This document shows positions 41,207 through 53,850 of a DNA stretch of 64,000 bases, piece by piece. Below the pieces are notes generated by a model. The model did no database searches and was not told the DNA's origin. It saw only the letters and a list, made by a program, of their open reading frames with translations. The DNA lies in NCBI GenBank assembly GCA_020184695.1, contig JAANOX010000142.1, positions 1-64,000 on the forward strand, given 5' to 3'. Origin of the DNA: Histomonas meleagridis 2922-C6/04-290x. Its lineage: Eukaryota > Protista > Parabasalia. The translations under genes and the position numbers were made by a program. Each line of letters opens with the position of its first letter. Within the stretch, counting starts at the first letter, position 1.

Positions 41207-41884
41207 ATGAATAAGCACTCTTTTCTTGCAAGGGTTTATCATACTGCAGGACTCACTTCAAAAGCTTCTGATGAAGTTTCAAAGCTTGCTGTTGTACATG
41301 GTCAACTTACACCAGAAGATGAAGCCACTGTTAGTGTTGTTACAAAAGGCCGCATTGATCAGCTTCGCAGAGCACGGCGCATTATTTGTGTTGTTGAAGA
41401 AAGGGAAGAAAACAAAGGAAAAGTCAATCGCGTTATTGCATTGAGAGGATTCAAATCAAAAATCGAAGAAGAACTTGCAGGTCTTCTTAATCAGTATATT
41501 ACAAGCATTGACAATGCCTTTCTCATGCACCCCACGAGTGAATCTTCTAGAATTTTATTCCTTAAGATGAAAGCCGATTATTGTAGATATTTAGCAGAGA
41601 TCCAAAGAATGCAAGTACAAGTTGTGCGAAATGCATACATACAAGCATATGATGCAGCACGCGCTGCATTACCACCAGCTCATCCATTAAGAACAGGAAT
41701 TGCCTTAAATTATTCTGTCTTCCATTATGAAATTGCTGGCAATAAGGGCGCTGCACGAGAGATTGCTAGTCTAGCATATGATGAAGCCATTGCCGCAGCT
41801 AAGGCATTACCTGCAGAAGAAAAAGAAGACGCCATGGAAGTTATTAATGTGATAGCTATAAATCTCAAAAACTGGGGAAAGTAA
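41207..41884 (+). CDS. Divergent 14-3-3 protein
   Basis: FLKMKADYCRYLAEI, AY..AYDAA...LPPAHPLRTGIALNYSVFHYEI. First ATG at 41207. Confidence 0.9.
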   Translation: MNKHSFLARVYHTAGLTSKASDEVSKLAVVHGQLTPEDEATVSVVTKGRIDQLRRARRIICVVEEREENKGKVNRVIALRGFKSKIEEELAGLLNQYITSIDNAFLMHPTSESSRILFLKMKADYCRYLAEIQRMQVQVVRNAYIQAYDAARAALPPAHPLRTGIALNYSVFHYEIAGNKGAAREIASLAYDEAIAAAKALPAEEKEDAMEVINVIAINLKNWGK

Positions 41885-42554
41885 ATACGAATTATTAATT
41901 TAAATTTTGATTCAAGATTCTTAAAAAAGAAGGTAACAAAAACCATCTAAAACGATATGGAGGTTATTTTATTAAAAAGCTCACTTCATAAACCTAGCTG
42001 ACGCTGGCTTTGTATGATATGCAGGAAATAAATTTTCCAATGAATATGAAAATTAAAAAAAAATGATACGAATAATTAAAATTTTTAATTCATTGCATTT
42101 GATAAATCATTTCTTTCACAAAAATGTGTTCATGTTTTTAAAACTGTTTATTATTGATTAATTTTAATCATATCATAAAATAAAACATTTTTTTGTAAAT
42201 ATATTAATTACAACACATATATGTAAAAAATGTTATATCGAATACGTCAAAGTATTTCGACAGTAAATTCGTTTCCATTTAAAGTTTCATTGATCATGCG
42301 TAAACCATTCAAAATATTTTGTTAGATAAAATGGCCGACCAGTTATAATGACTGATCATCTTACTTTCAAAACCCACTTTTTTCTGTTGGTTTTCATCCT
42401 TCTTAATAAACATCAATTTTTACATATTTTTATTTTTTCATATTTTATAATTTTTGACAATACTAATGTTTAGGCTCTCTAAAAAGGAGTATAGTGTATA
42501 TTTGAACGAACGAATAATTCAAAATTTTCAATCTGAAAAGTGTTAACATCATGA

Positions 42555-45035
<2,481 letters not shown>

Positions 45036-45099
45036 ATAAACAAAAATTCAATTAACGAAATTTGTTTTATTACGCGCTATTGATGCGCATCGAATACAT

Positions 45100-45345
45100 T
45101 TGGATTCAAAGAAGGAAATTGGCACCAAATTCGGCAATGGTTATTGTTTGTTCAGTTGCATATAAACCAAAAGCAACAGCCATTTCCCTTGTTTCATGTG
45201 CGCAAATAAAATTGACATGGATAAAAGCGAAGATGGAAGAGCACTTGCAAATGAATAATGAGGAGAATCAAAAGGTGTTGAAGTTGAAACCAAAGTTCCA
45301 AAGGAAAATAAAAAGATTGAAGTGTGCAACGATTTTTGAAATTTA
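45100..45345 (+). pseudogene. Possible decayed small-GTPase (Rab/Ras) fragment
   Basis: One frame gives FPCFMCANKIDMDKSEDGRALANE**GESKGVEVETK, resembling the G4 NKxD region and tail of a Rab. It contains stops. Confidence 0.3.
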
Positions 45346-45780
45346 TGTTATACCATCGAACTTGTCATTTTAATGGAAAATAACATATAATTGTATATAC
45401 TCATCAATAAACAAGTACATATTTGCAGAGCTATACCATATTTTTACTTTTGTTTAATTCCCATATAAATAAATTAAAATTATATACAATGTTTAAAAAT
45501 ATTTTAAATTTAAAGCAACCCTTATCAAAGGATCTTAAAATAATTAAATATAGAAAATGTCAAATTGCTTAAATGGATTGATATCCAATGATACGCAAAT
45601 GATTAATTAAGTATGTATTTTATTTAAATAAAACCACAAAATATTATTTATACTGGGGTAATTTCTCTGAAATGGTTTCAATTGCATTTTGAATCTTTTC
45701 CTCAATCAAATTATTAGTTTCAACTGTTGAAACTATTAACTAATAACATTTTCGCGTGAGAAAAAGGACATAATATTAGT

Positions 45781-46575
45781 TTATTCATTTTCTTCGTCCT
45801 CATCATCATCTTCGACTTTAGGTGCGAGATAGTATTTGATGTATCCTGTGTCATCGTCTAATTGGTATAACACAATAAGTGGTCGACCTGTAGAAAGTTC
45901 GAGAACAACTTTATCTGAAAGCGGTGATGCCTTTGTGAAGTAGTTAAGGTACTTAAGTGCAAATGAAAGCTCGAGTTTATCAATTGAATTATCCATTTCG
46001 ATTTCAACTGGACGATCTTCAACAGAATCATATGAACTTAATGTTATAGACCCGTTTCCAAGTTGTCCTGTAGCACTAAAAACAATTGTTTTGGACTTTA
46101 CCATAATTTTAACGGTATCACCAAATTGTGTTAAATCATGACAAATCTTGTTAAAATCGCTGGACCCTAATGTGATACGTACTTCTGGTTCTGCTTCTGG
46201 TATTGATAACTTATCTGTATCAATATCCATTAATGATAAAGAAAACTCAGAAAATCGACCACCGTTCTCGAATTGGAACTTAAGTTGAGTATGATCTGCA
46301 TTGGTTGAAAGTGTTAAGGTATCTTGACTATCACCACACTTAAGAATCTTTTGAATTGATAATAGATTAACGCCAAGCGTTTCATTATCGTCGCACTTGA
46401 ATTTGTCAAATGATTTGCTATTTAAATTCATTGATACAAGTGCACAATGTGAAGAGTCCATTGCTTGTAATGATAAACCACTTTCATTACATTCAATATT
46501 TGCTTCATCAACAAGTTCTTTTAATGCGTCCAATATCTTTCGGAGTGTTTGTGGTGCTGAAAGGCGTGCTTCCAT
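45781..46575 (-). CDS. PCNA: Proliferating cell nuclear antigen
   Basis: LRKILDALKELV, LQAMDSSHCAL, LMDID, FALKYL..F.KASPLS, YYLAPK. Confidence 0.98.
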   Translation of the reverse strand: MEARLSAPQTLRKILDALKELVDEANIECNESGLSLQAMDSSHCALVSMNLNSKSFDKFKCDDNETLGVNLLSIQKILKCGDSQDTLTLSTNADHTQLKFQFENGGRFSEFSLSLMDIDTDKLSIPEAEPEVRITLGSSDFNKICHDLTQFGDTVKIMVKSKTIVFSATGQLGNGSITLSSYDSVEDRPVEIEMDNSIDKLELSFALKYLNYFTKASPLSDKVVLELSTGRPLIVLYQLDDDTGYIKYYLAPKVEDDDEDEENE

Positions 46576-46623
46576 TTTGCTAAGTGCAAAACCGTCGTGG
46601 AATCACTGTACGTTTAAAATTAA

Positions 46624-47250
46624 TTGGTTCATATTAACCGCCAAATTAAACGCTTGAAAGGAACAAAGCAACAAATAATAATTTGTCCAATATGTAAAAT
46701 GCTATATCAAAAAGGCGTTCATGATGAAGAAGCTTCACATGAGCGATACCATGAACGTTTTCTTGAAGGTATTTATGCACCAAGAATTTCAAAAAAATTC
46801 ATAATAATGGAAGGTGATATTAGTGTTCTTCAAGTAAATGAGAATTCACCGAATAATGTAAAAAAATTTGTTACACAAATTATTGAGCGTTCTTCAAATG
46901 ATTTAGGTGAATCACCACCTCTTCCAAAAGGTTGGACTTGTTATCTAGCTCTTCAAAAGCCATTTATTATTGGATATTGTTTGATCGAAAGAAATGTGGA
47001 GGGGTTTTTACTTGAAGATTCAACACGTAAAGTCATATGTCCACTTGGAATTGCAAGATTTTGGGTGTCGCCAAAACATCGACGCAAAGGAGTTGCGACA
47101 CTTCTTGTTGATGCAGCACGCCAAACAGAAAAATCGAACATTCCTAAATGCATGGTTTGCTTTAGTGAACCGACAGATTTGGGAATGTCATTTGCTAAGA
47201 AATATTGCGGAACAAATCCATTTGTATATTGTTTGAAGATTAATGAATAA
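46624..47250 (+). CDS. ECO1: Eco1/ESCO cohesin acetyltransferase (start codon uncertain)
   Basis: C2H2 finger CPICKMLY...HERYH, GNAT motifs GIARFWVSPKHRRKGVATLL and FSEPTDLG..FA. No in-frame ATG precedes the zinc finger. Confidence 0.85.
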   Translation: MVHINRQIKRLKGTKQQIIICPICKMLYQKGVHDEEASHERYHERFLEGIYAPRISKKFIIMEGDISVLQVNENSPNNVKKFVTQIIERSSNDLGESPPLPKGWTCYLALQKPFIIGYCLIERNVEGFLLEDSTRKVICPLGIARFWVSPKHRRKGVATLLVDAARQTEKSNIPKCMVCFSEPTDLGMSFAKKYCGTNPFVYCLKINE

Positions 47251-47729
47251 ATTGTACATAAACAATTCTTTTTAATGTAAATGATATTTTAATATGATAT
47301 TCAAAACAAATCAAAAACAACATTTTTTATAAGGGTTAAATGATGTCAATGCTTTTTTAATTGTAAATTAATCTCAGAAGAAAAATATATAGAAATAATC
47401 TTTCCTAAGTGATTGGTTATAGATGTTACAAAATATTTTTATTTAAATTATCATTACTTTTGTATCTTTATTGGATGAATTTTCAGTTGCTTTGCATATC
47501 GAATAATTTCCAAATATCAAGTTAGTAAAATAAGTATCAAAACAAATAAATATCTTCAGTATTATTTCAAACTAATCTTTTTTGTTCAAGAAGTAGTGGC
47601 ATATCAATATCTCCATTCCTTTAACATATTCTGGATTCCCAATCTTTATCTTCAAAATTAATATCATCAATAACTAAAATGAACAAAAATAATTTAAACA
47701 GTATGAAACTAAACAATTTTTATTACACA

Positions 47730-48590
47730 TTATTTCTTTCTTAGGGCATAACTTATCAATGCAACAGACAGCGGTATTAGTGCAAACACAAACGCTATGT
47801 CATTCTTTTTATCCGGCGCTTTAATTATTCTCTTTGGATGCGAAAGTGCATTTTCGATTTCGTTTGCTGCTTCTGTAATTTCCTTCGATTGTTCCTTTAT
47901 TTGTTGCTGCAGTTCGTCTCTTCGTCGAAGCGCCGACATAATTTTGTTGGATGAAGAATTCACTTCGGTAAGTAAGAGCTGAAGTTCTGAAACAGCATCA
48001 AGAATAGAAACGTCAACTGAAGAATCCTCTTCAAGTAAATGGTCAAGTTCAGAGATGTAATTTCGGACATCAGAAAAAACTTTTTCAAATGGTAATGAAA
48101 AATTATTTTGAATCATAATCTTAGTGCCTTGCGATAACGAAAGCAAATCATTCTCTTTCTTAACGCGAGATGTAATATAGTTGAAAAGTTTGTTTGTGAC
48201 GTCTTCGTTTAAATCTGTTTCAAGAATAGAAATTGTAACTGTGGATCGTGATGTGGTACCGTCTCCATTTGGAGATACTGTGCGTTTAGCTTTAATTTTT
48301 GCTGATTTTCCGTTGATACTGAATATGAATTTATTGATAAAAATAATATTATTCTGAAGCCATTTGAATCTTAGATTTTGAAAGAGCCTTACAGCAGCTC
48401 CTGTAGGAATATCTGGGATAGATGGGATGAAATTGATATTATGACAAATGTTATTTGAATCAGATTCTGTGATAACATCTTCATCTCCCATTTCAAAATG
48501 AAGACGCGTTTGGAAGGTTCCAACTGCTGCTAATTTGTTAAATATTTCTTGTGTAGATATATCATGAAGCTGATTAATTGGAGTTCGCAT
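47730..48590 (-). CDS. Hypothetical coiled-coil protein with C-terminal tail anchor
   Basis: Coiled-coil segment followed by IAFVFALIPLSVALISYAL-RKK at the C-terminus. Confidence 0.65.
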   Translation of the reverse strand: MRTPINQLHDISTQEIFNKLAAVGTFQTRLHFEMGDEDVITESDSNNICHNINFIPSIPDIPTGAAVRLFQNLRFKWLQNNIIFINKFIFSINGKSAKIKAKRTVSPNGDGTTSRSTVTISILETDLNEDVTNKLFNYITSRVKKENDLLSLSQGTKIMIQNNFSLPFEKVFSDVRNYISELDHLLEEDSSVDVSILDAVSELQLLLTEVNSSSNKIMSALRRRDELQQQIKEQSKEITEAANEIENALSHPKRIIKAPDKKNDIAFVFALIPLSVALISYALRKK

Positions 48591-48701
48591 CCCAATAATC
48601 GGCGGTTATATGAACGTTTATTTTCATATGCGGTTTTTTATATAGTTTACACATAAACCGCATCTATCGTACACCTGATTTTATAAACGGTCTTTGGGGA
48701 A

Positions 48702-51101
48702 ATGGATAAATTTTTGGGGATTGCACAACTTCTATTTAATGCAACATCCCCAAACAACCAAATAAGAGAACAGGCAGAACAACAAATTATTTCATTAAGG
48801 AAAGAAAATCCAGAAGAATTTATTCAAATATTATTTTCAATTATTCAAAATTCCGGAAATGTTCCTGAGCAATCTGTTTTAATGGCATTACTTCTTTCCC
48901 GTTCTTCATTTAGAAAAGCTGTTCAAATTAAACAATCAAATGAAATTTCATTATCTTTTTATTTAATACCAGTTAATTTTACTAATGAATTTGTTACTCT
49001 TATTCTCCCATTTCTTAATACATCAAATGTTAATCTTTCTTTTTACACATCTGATCTTTTAGGTCAAATTGCAGTTTACTTACTTGAATGGAATGAAAAT
49101 GATCCAATTATACCATTTATTTGCCAAATGATAGTCAACTCAAATAATCCTTATCCCCTATTTAGGTCACTTCTTTTTATTTTGCAAGAAACAATTTTAT
49201 CATTAAATACACAAATTCAAATCTTGAACATAATTCAAACATTTCTCTTTCAAAACGTCAACGATGAATTAAAATCACTTTTGCTCGAACTTCTTTCTGT
49301 TCTAATTCCAATTATCCCAAATGTTATTCCAGATTTAATGCAACAAAAATTTTTTATTAATAAAATTTTTTCTTTATCAATAACACCAAACTTAAAGATA
49401 AACATTTATGAGTTTTTAACTTCGTTTGCATCTCAATCACCTGATGCATTTTTTTGTTTAACTGATGTTCTTGGTCAAAGCATCACTGATTTAACTACAT
49501 CAAATCAAAATGAATTTATTGTTTTAAACATAATTCAAATGTGGCAAAAACTTATTGAAAAAGAGTGGACAAATGAAAATATTGAAGAAGGGCTTTTGAA
49601 ATTATTTCAAGTGATCTTTCCAATACTTTTACAAATTGCAGAACTAATTCCAAATATCACAGAAATCGATGACATTGAATGTTGGTATCCTTATATAGCA
49701 GCACGTGAATGCATTCTTTCTTCTGTTTATAAATTCCCACAAATGACACAAGCACTTTTCAAATACGGTATTGAAAATTTGAACGCAGGAACACCACAAA
49801 AAGTCGAGACGGCACTTTTCTGCTTAACGGCCTCTTTTTCATATTTCAATCCAGAAACCGACTTAACCGCACACGTTTCACAAGTCACGACCGTTATCAT
49901 GAACGGTTTAAACGGTCCGATAAGAATTGTTCAAGAATCACTAAACTTGTTATATAATCTTTTAGATTATACACCTATAGAACGTAATTATGCCATTTTT
50001 ATCCCCCGGCTTATCGAACTTATACCAACGCCATTAGGTGAACAATCTAAAGAAATCATTGAATATCTAATTGATGTTATGAACATCGACGAAATTAATA
50101 TAACTATAAACTCATTAATTTCTATTCCAACGGAAACATCTATTGAATGTATTCTTGGTATATTCAAGAAAAACATGAATATCGAATTAGTTGAACGATA
50201 TATTATCCAATTGTTTGAACTCATTACGAAATTTAATTCTGAAAATTTTGATTTTTCATATTTAAATTCGTTACTTAATTTAATCACATTTTTAACAGAC
50301 ATGTTACAAGATCGAATTATGAATTATTATCCACAAATACTTCCGCACATACAAATCATTTATAGCAAACTTCAAATTCCTTCATCGCTTCAATTGATTA
50401 CATCCATTTGTATTATCATTAAAGATTCCAATTTACTTCGATATATATTTGAGCAAATTATTATCTGTTTAAATAGCGAAGATATAAATCTGATTAAAAC
50501 ATCAATAATATGTATATCATATTATCTGTTTAAAATCCCCGAAACGAAATTTATATTTAATGAAATAATTCGAATCTTTCTCGAGATTTTAGATAACGAT
50601 TACGACATAGAAATACGGATTTTAGTTTTGGAATCAATTAATAAATTACATCAAACATTTAAAAACATTTTTTCGCCTTATTTCAAACGCTTGTTTTCTA
50701 TATATAAAACTGCAATCGTTGTGATACCTAAAATGGATGTAATCGATCAAGAAGATGAAACTGTTTATGCCGTGGATTTAATGACCGAAATAATTTCCGC
50801 AGTTTCTTTGTTTTTAATTGACGCAATCAACGAAAATTCATTCGACGCTAAAAAGGAATGTCTCGAAACTGCTTTCGCATGCTTGAGAATTGCGTCGGAA
50901 ATGATCGGAATGAATTCGTTTTGCGTAATAAATTTGTTGAATTTGTTAAATATATTATACAATATGAGCCCCGAAATTGTAAAGGAATATGTGCTGGGAA
51001 GCCCGAACTTAATGGTTTTGCTCGAAGAAGCAAAACAATCGGAAAACGAAGTCATTAACAGTGAAACAAATGCTTTAGCAAATAAACTTCAATTTCTTTA
51101 G
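48702..51101 (+). CDS. Importin-beta/karyopherin-like HEAT repeat protein
   Basis: N-terminal IBN_N-like SPNNQIREQAEQQI...PEEFIQIL and an acidic loop EIDDIECWYPYIAAREC. Confidence 0.7.
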   Translation: MDKFLGIAQLLFNATSPNNQIREQAEQQIISLRKENPEEFIQILFSIIQNSGNVPEQSVLMALLLSRSSFRKAVQIKQSNEISLSFYLIPVNFTNEFVTLILPFLNTSNVNLSFYTSDLLGQIAVYLLEWNENDPIIPFICQMIVNSNNPYPLFRSLLFILQETILSLNTQIQILNIIQTFLFQNVNDELKSLLLELLSVLIPIIPNVIPDLMQQKFFINKIFSLSITPNLKINIYEFLTSFASQSPDAFFCLTDVLGQSITDLTTSNQNEFIVLNIIQMWQKLIEKEWTNENIEEGLLKLFQVIFPILLQIAELIPNITEIDDIECWYPYIAARECILSSVYKFPQMTQALFKYGIENLNAGTPQKVETALFCLTASFSYFNPETDLTAHVSQVTTVIMNGLNGPIRIVQESLNLLYNLLDYTPIERNYAIFIPRLIELIPTPLGEQSKEIIEYLIDVMNIDEINITINSLISIPTETSIECILGIFKKNMNIELVERYIIQLFELITKFNSENFDFSYLNSLLNLITFLTDMLQDRIMNYYPQILPHIQIIYSKLQIPSSLQLITSICIIIKDSNLLRYIFEQIIICLNSEDINLIKTSIICISYYLFKIPETKFIFNEIIRIFLEILDNDYDIEIRILVLESINKLHQTFKNIFSPYFKRLFSIYKTAIVVIPKMDVIDQEDETVYAVDLMTEIISAVSLFLIDAINENSFDAKKECLETAFACLRIASEMIGMNSFCVINLLNLLNILYNMSPEIVKEYVLGSPNLMVLLEEAKQSENEVINSETNALANKLQFL

Positions 51102-51144
51102 TAATAATAAATGTATATTATGGTTTGTAAATATTGTTTAAATA

Positions 51145-51770
51145 AAAAAGAATAAATTTGTTTCAATATAAAGTCTTTCATTGTGTAGTGAAAAACATTT
51201 GGTACATTTCTATTTTATATGAAACAAAAGACAAAAACAAAAAAAAATCAAATTTTTGTATTAAAATATTCATAATCTTTCCTAAAAAAAAATAAAAAAG
51301 AACATAAATTTGCTTCATTATAAAGTCTTTCATTGTGCAGTGCAAAACATTTGGTACTTTTTTTATGAAACAAAAGATAAAAACAAAAAATTCAAATTTT
51401 CGCTTAAAAATATGTAAACAATTCTTGTGAAAAATATTTATATTCTTTCCTAAAAATTTAAAAAAGAACATAAATTTGTTTCATTATGAAATCTTTCTTT
51501 GTGCAGTGCAAAACATATGATATATTTCTATTTTATATGAAACAAAAGACAAAAACAAAAAATTTAAATTTTCGAATAAAAATATTCATATTCTTTTCTA
51601 AAAAAACAAAAAAGAACATCAATTTGTTCCTTATGAAGTCTTTCATTGTGGAGCTCAAAACATATGATATATTTCAAAAGACAAAAACCAAATTTTTGAA
51701 TAAAAATATGTATATAATTCTTTCGAAAAATATTCATATTCTATTCCAAAAGGACAAATTTTTCATTAAA
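51145..51770. repeat. Non-coding AT-rich tandem repeat, about 4 diverged copies of about 150-165 nt
   Basis: An aaRTCTTTCWTTGTG motif recurs near 51171, 51322, 51489 and 51636, each followed by GAAACAAAAGA...AAAGAACAT-like segments. Confidence 0.85.
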
Positions 51771-51828
51771 TATTATATATATATATATATATATTATCAA
51801 TTTCCAAAATATTTGATTTTAACTTACC

Positions 51829-53391
51829 TCATTGCCATATTTTACTTCTTGAATCACTTCCGATCGTATATAATAATGCGGTATCACTTTGGCTCTTATG
51901 GGTTAAAGCAATGCTATCATCCAATTCTTCATCTTTTTTAGCCTTTAATAAAACTCTTAAAGGCTTTATTAAGAAAGCAGTGCAAAGTATAAATGCGAAA
52001 GCATCACCTAAAGCATAAGAATAAAGTATCCTTGCAGGGTCATGCTTATTAGTGAAATATAAAACAGTAGAAAAGACAGGCAAAGGCAAAAGCTGTGTAG
52101 TTATACTTAATACAGTCGAAGCTACGATTTTTTGTAACGATTGTAATAATGCAGGTACGCAATATTGATAAGCTATAAAAGGAGCAAGATAAAAAGTTTT
52201 TGGTATCATTTGTTTTGCCCAATATAAGAATTGTGGATCTTTTGACCAAAGAGAAGCGATTTCACTCGGAAAGAAAATTAAAATGACAGAAAACGTAACA
52301 GCCAACAAAGTAGAAACCCATAATGAATGCAAGAACAGCTTCAAAAGCCTATTCATACGACCGGAACCATATGCATATGACGCACATGGTAATAAACCTA
52401 ACGCTAATGCATCACATGAACCTCCGACTATTTGATATAACTTTTCATTAACAGACCAAACTTCTATTACATCATCATATACTCCCATCGATATCGCTGC
52501 TTCATTAACAAACTTTTGCATTAAAACTAATGGGATCGAATAAGAAACAAGAGATACAAATGTCGCAAAGCCAACTTTAAAAGCTGGCCACGTTTCTTTC
52601 GAGAAACGATTTAAAAACATTTTCGGTTCAACTTTAATGGTAAACTTCCCAAGAAAAACTAAAAATGTTAATACTATACCTGGTATTGCCTCAGATATAA
52701 TACGTGCTAAAGAGTCACCCCATATAGGTAACCTTAACACCTTTAAAAAGATTGGATCGAAGACACACATGTTAACAACTAATGCTCCTATTTGAATGGC
52801 CCCATATAAAAATGAACGGCCTTGCGCTTGTAACAAGCCACAGTTCATCATATATAAGAACTTAAAGAAACAGGCAGCAGTAATCGGTATCATGTATTGA
52901 AGACACATCAGAGAAAGGTGTTTGCTAGCACCAAACCACTCTACTAAGGGCCGTGTTATTGGCAAGATTATACAGGGTACAATTATTCCGAGAATTACAC
53001 AACATCTTATATAATCAATATACAATTGCGGAACTTCTTCCCCACGGGCTTCTCCATACAAATAAGAAACACGAATTGCTAAACCAATACATAGGAAATT
53101 TGAAACTGCTATGGCAAGAAATTCAACAATAAAAACGGCACCAAAAACTGATATGCCTTCAGAGCCAATTGTACTTGCAACCCATAAGGAATCTGCAATT
53201 CCATATACGGCTTGAACAAGTTGTGAGATTAAGGGTCCAACTGACATGGATAAAAATGTTCTGAGTGGTGGTTTCGATCCAAGTTCTTTATCTTCTTTGC
53301 TGAAATTTGATTCTATGTTGCTGCTTTGAAGTGACGCTATGGTCTCAGGATTTGAGATCAGGAGAGGTGACGAAACGCGACGCCTTCCCAT
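51829..53391 (-). CDS. MATE (multidrug and toxic compound extrusion) family transporter
   Basis: Multiple TM segments; PLISQLVQAVYGIADSLWV, LLQAQGRS and NMCVFDPIF motifs. ATG at 53391. Confidence 0.9.
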   Translation of the reverse strand: MGRRRVSSPLLISNPETIASLQSSNIESNFSKEDKELGSKPPLRTFLSMSVGPLISQLVQAVYGIADSLWVASTIGSEGISVFGAVFIVEFLAIAVSNFLCIGLAIRVSYLYGEARGEEVPQLYIDYIRCCVILGIIVPCIILPITRPLVEWFGASKHLSLMCLQYMIPITAACFFKFLYMMNCGLLQAQGRSFLYGAIQIGALVVNMCVFDPIFLKVLRLPIWGDSLARIISEAIPGIVLTFLVFLGKFTIKVEPKMFLNRFSKETWPAFKVGFATFVSLVSYSIPLVLMQKFVNEAAISMGVYDDVIEVWSVNEKLYQIVGGSCDALALGLLPCASYAYGSGRMNRLLKLFLHSLWVSTLLAVTFSVILIFFPSEIASLWSKDPQFLYWAKQMIPKTFYLAPFIAYQYCVPALLQSLQKIVASTVLSITTQLLPLPVFSTVLYFTNKHDPARILYSYALGDAFAFILCTAFLIKPLRVLLKAKKDEELDDSIALTHKSQSDTALLYTIGSDSRSKIWQ

Positions 53392-53850
53392 ATTTGTGAA
53401 GTAAAGGTCGATATTTAAATTGAGAGCAACTCCTAAAATCTGACGGTTAAAACGGTATTTCATTCAAAATAACTGTTTATATCTTTCAATTTTAGGTGGT
53501 TAAACAGCTTTTTGAATATGTAAGGGCGTTAGAGTACTGTAGAATTTACATCGTTTATTCTCAAAAAGTTTGCTGATCGTTTCACATAAAGTCAGATATT
53601 TAGCATGACAACTGTCAAATATTCGATAATTTTTAACGTTCTCAAAATAAAATCATTGATCGAAAGATCTTTGTTTCTTCTTGAATCTAATTCAATTGCA
53701 TGATAATTTTAACTTAACTCACAACATTGTTTCATGAAACAAAAAAAAACAAACTTTGTTTTCTAATAGCAAAACCAAAATTTGAATTTTTTTCATTTTA
53801 CGTAAATATAAACCATTGAACTAAAAGAATTTTTTGAGAAGTTGACAACT

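Noticed and set aside
51178-51941. ORFs of 97 and 151 aa in the AT-rich repeat
   Set aside because: They are K/F/I/N-rich translations of a non-coding tandem repeat, with no codon structure.
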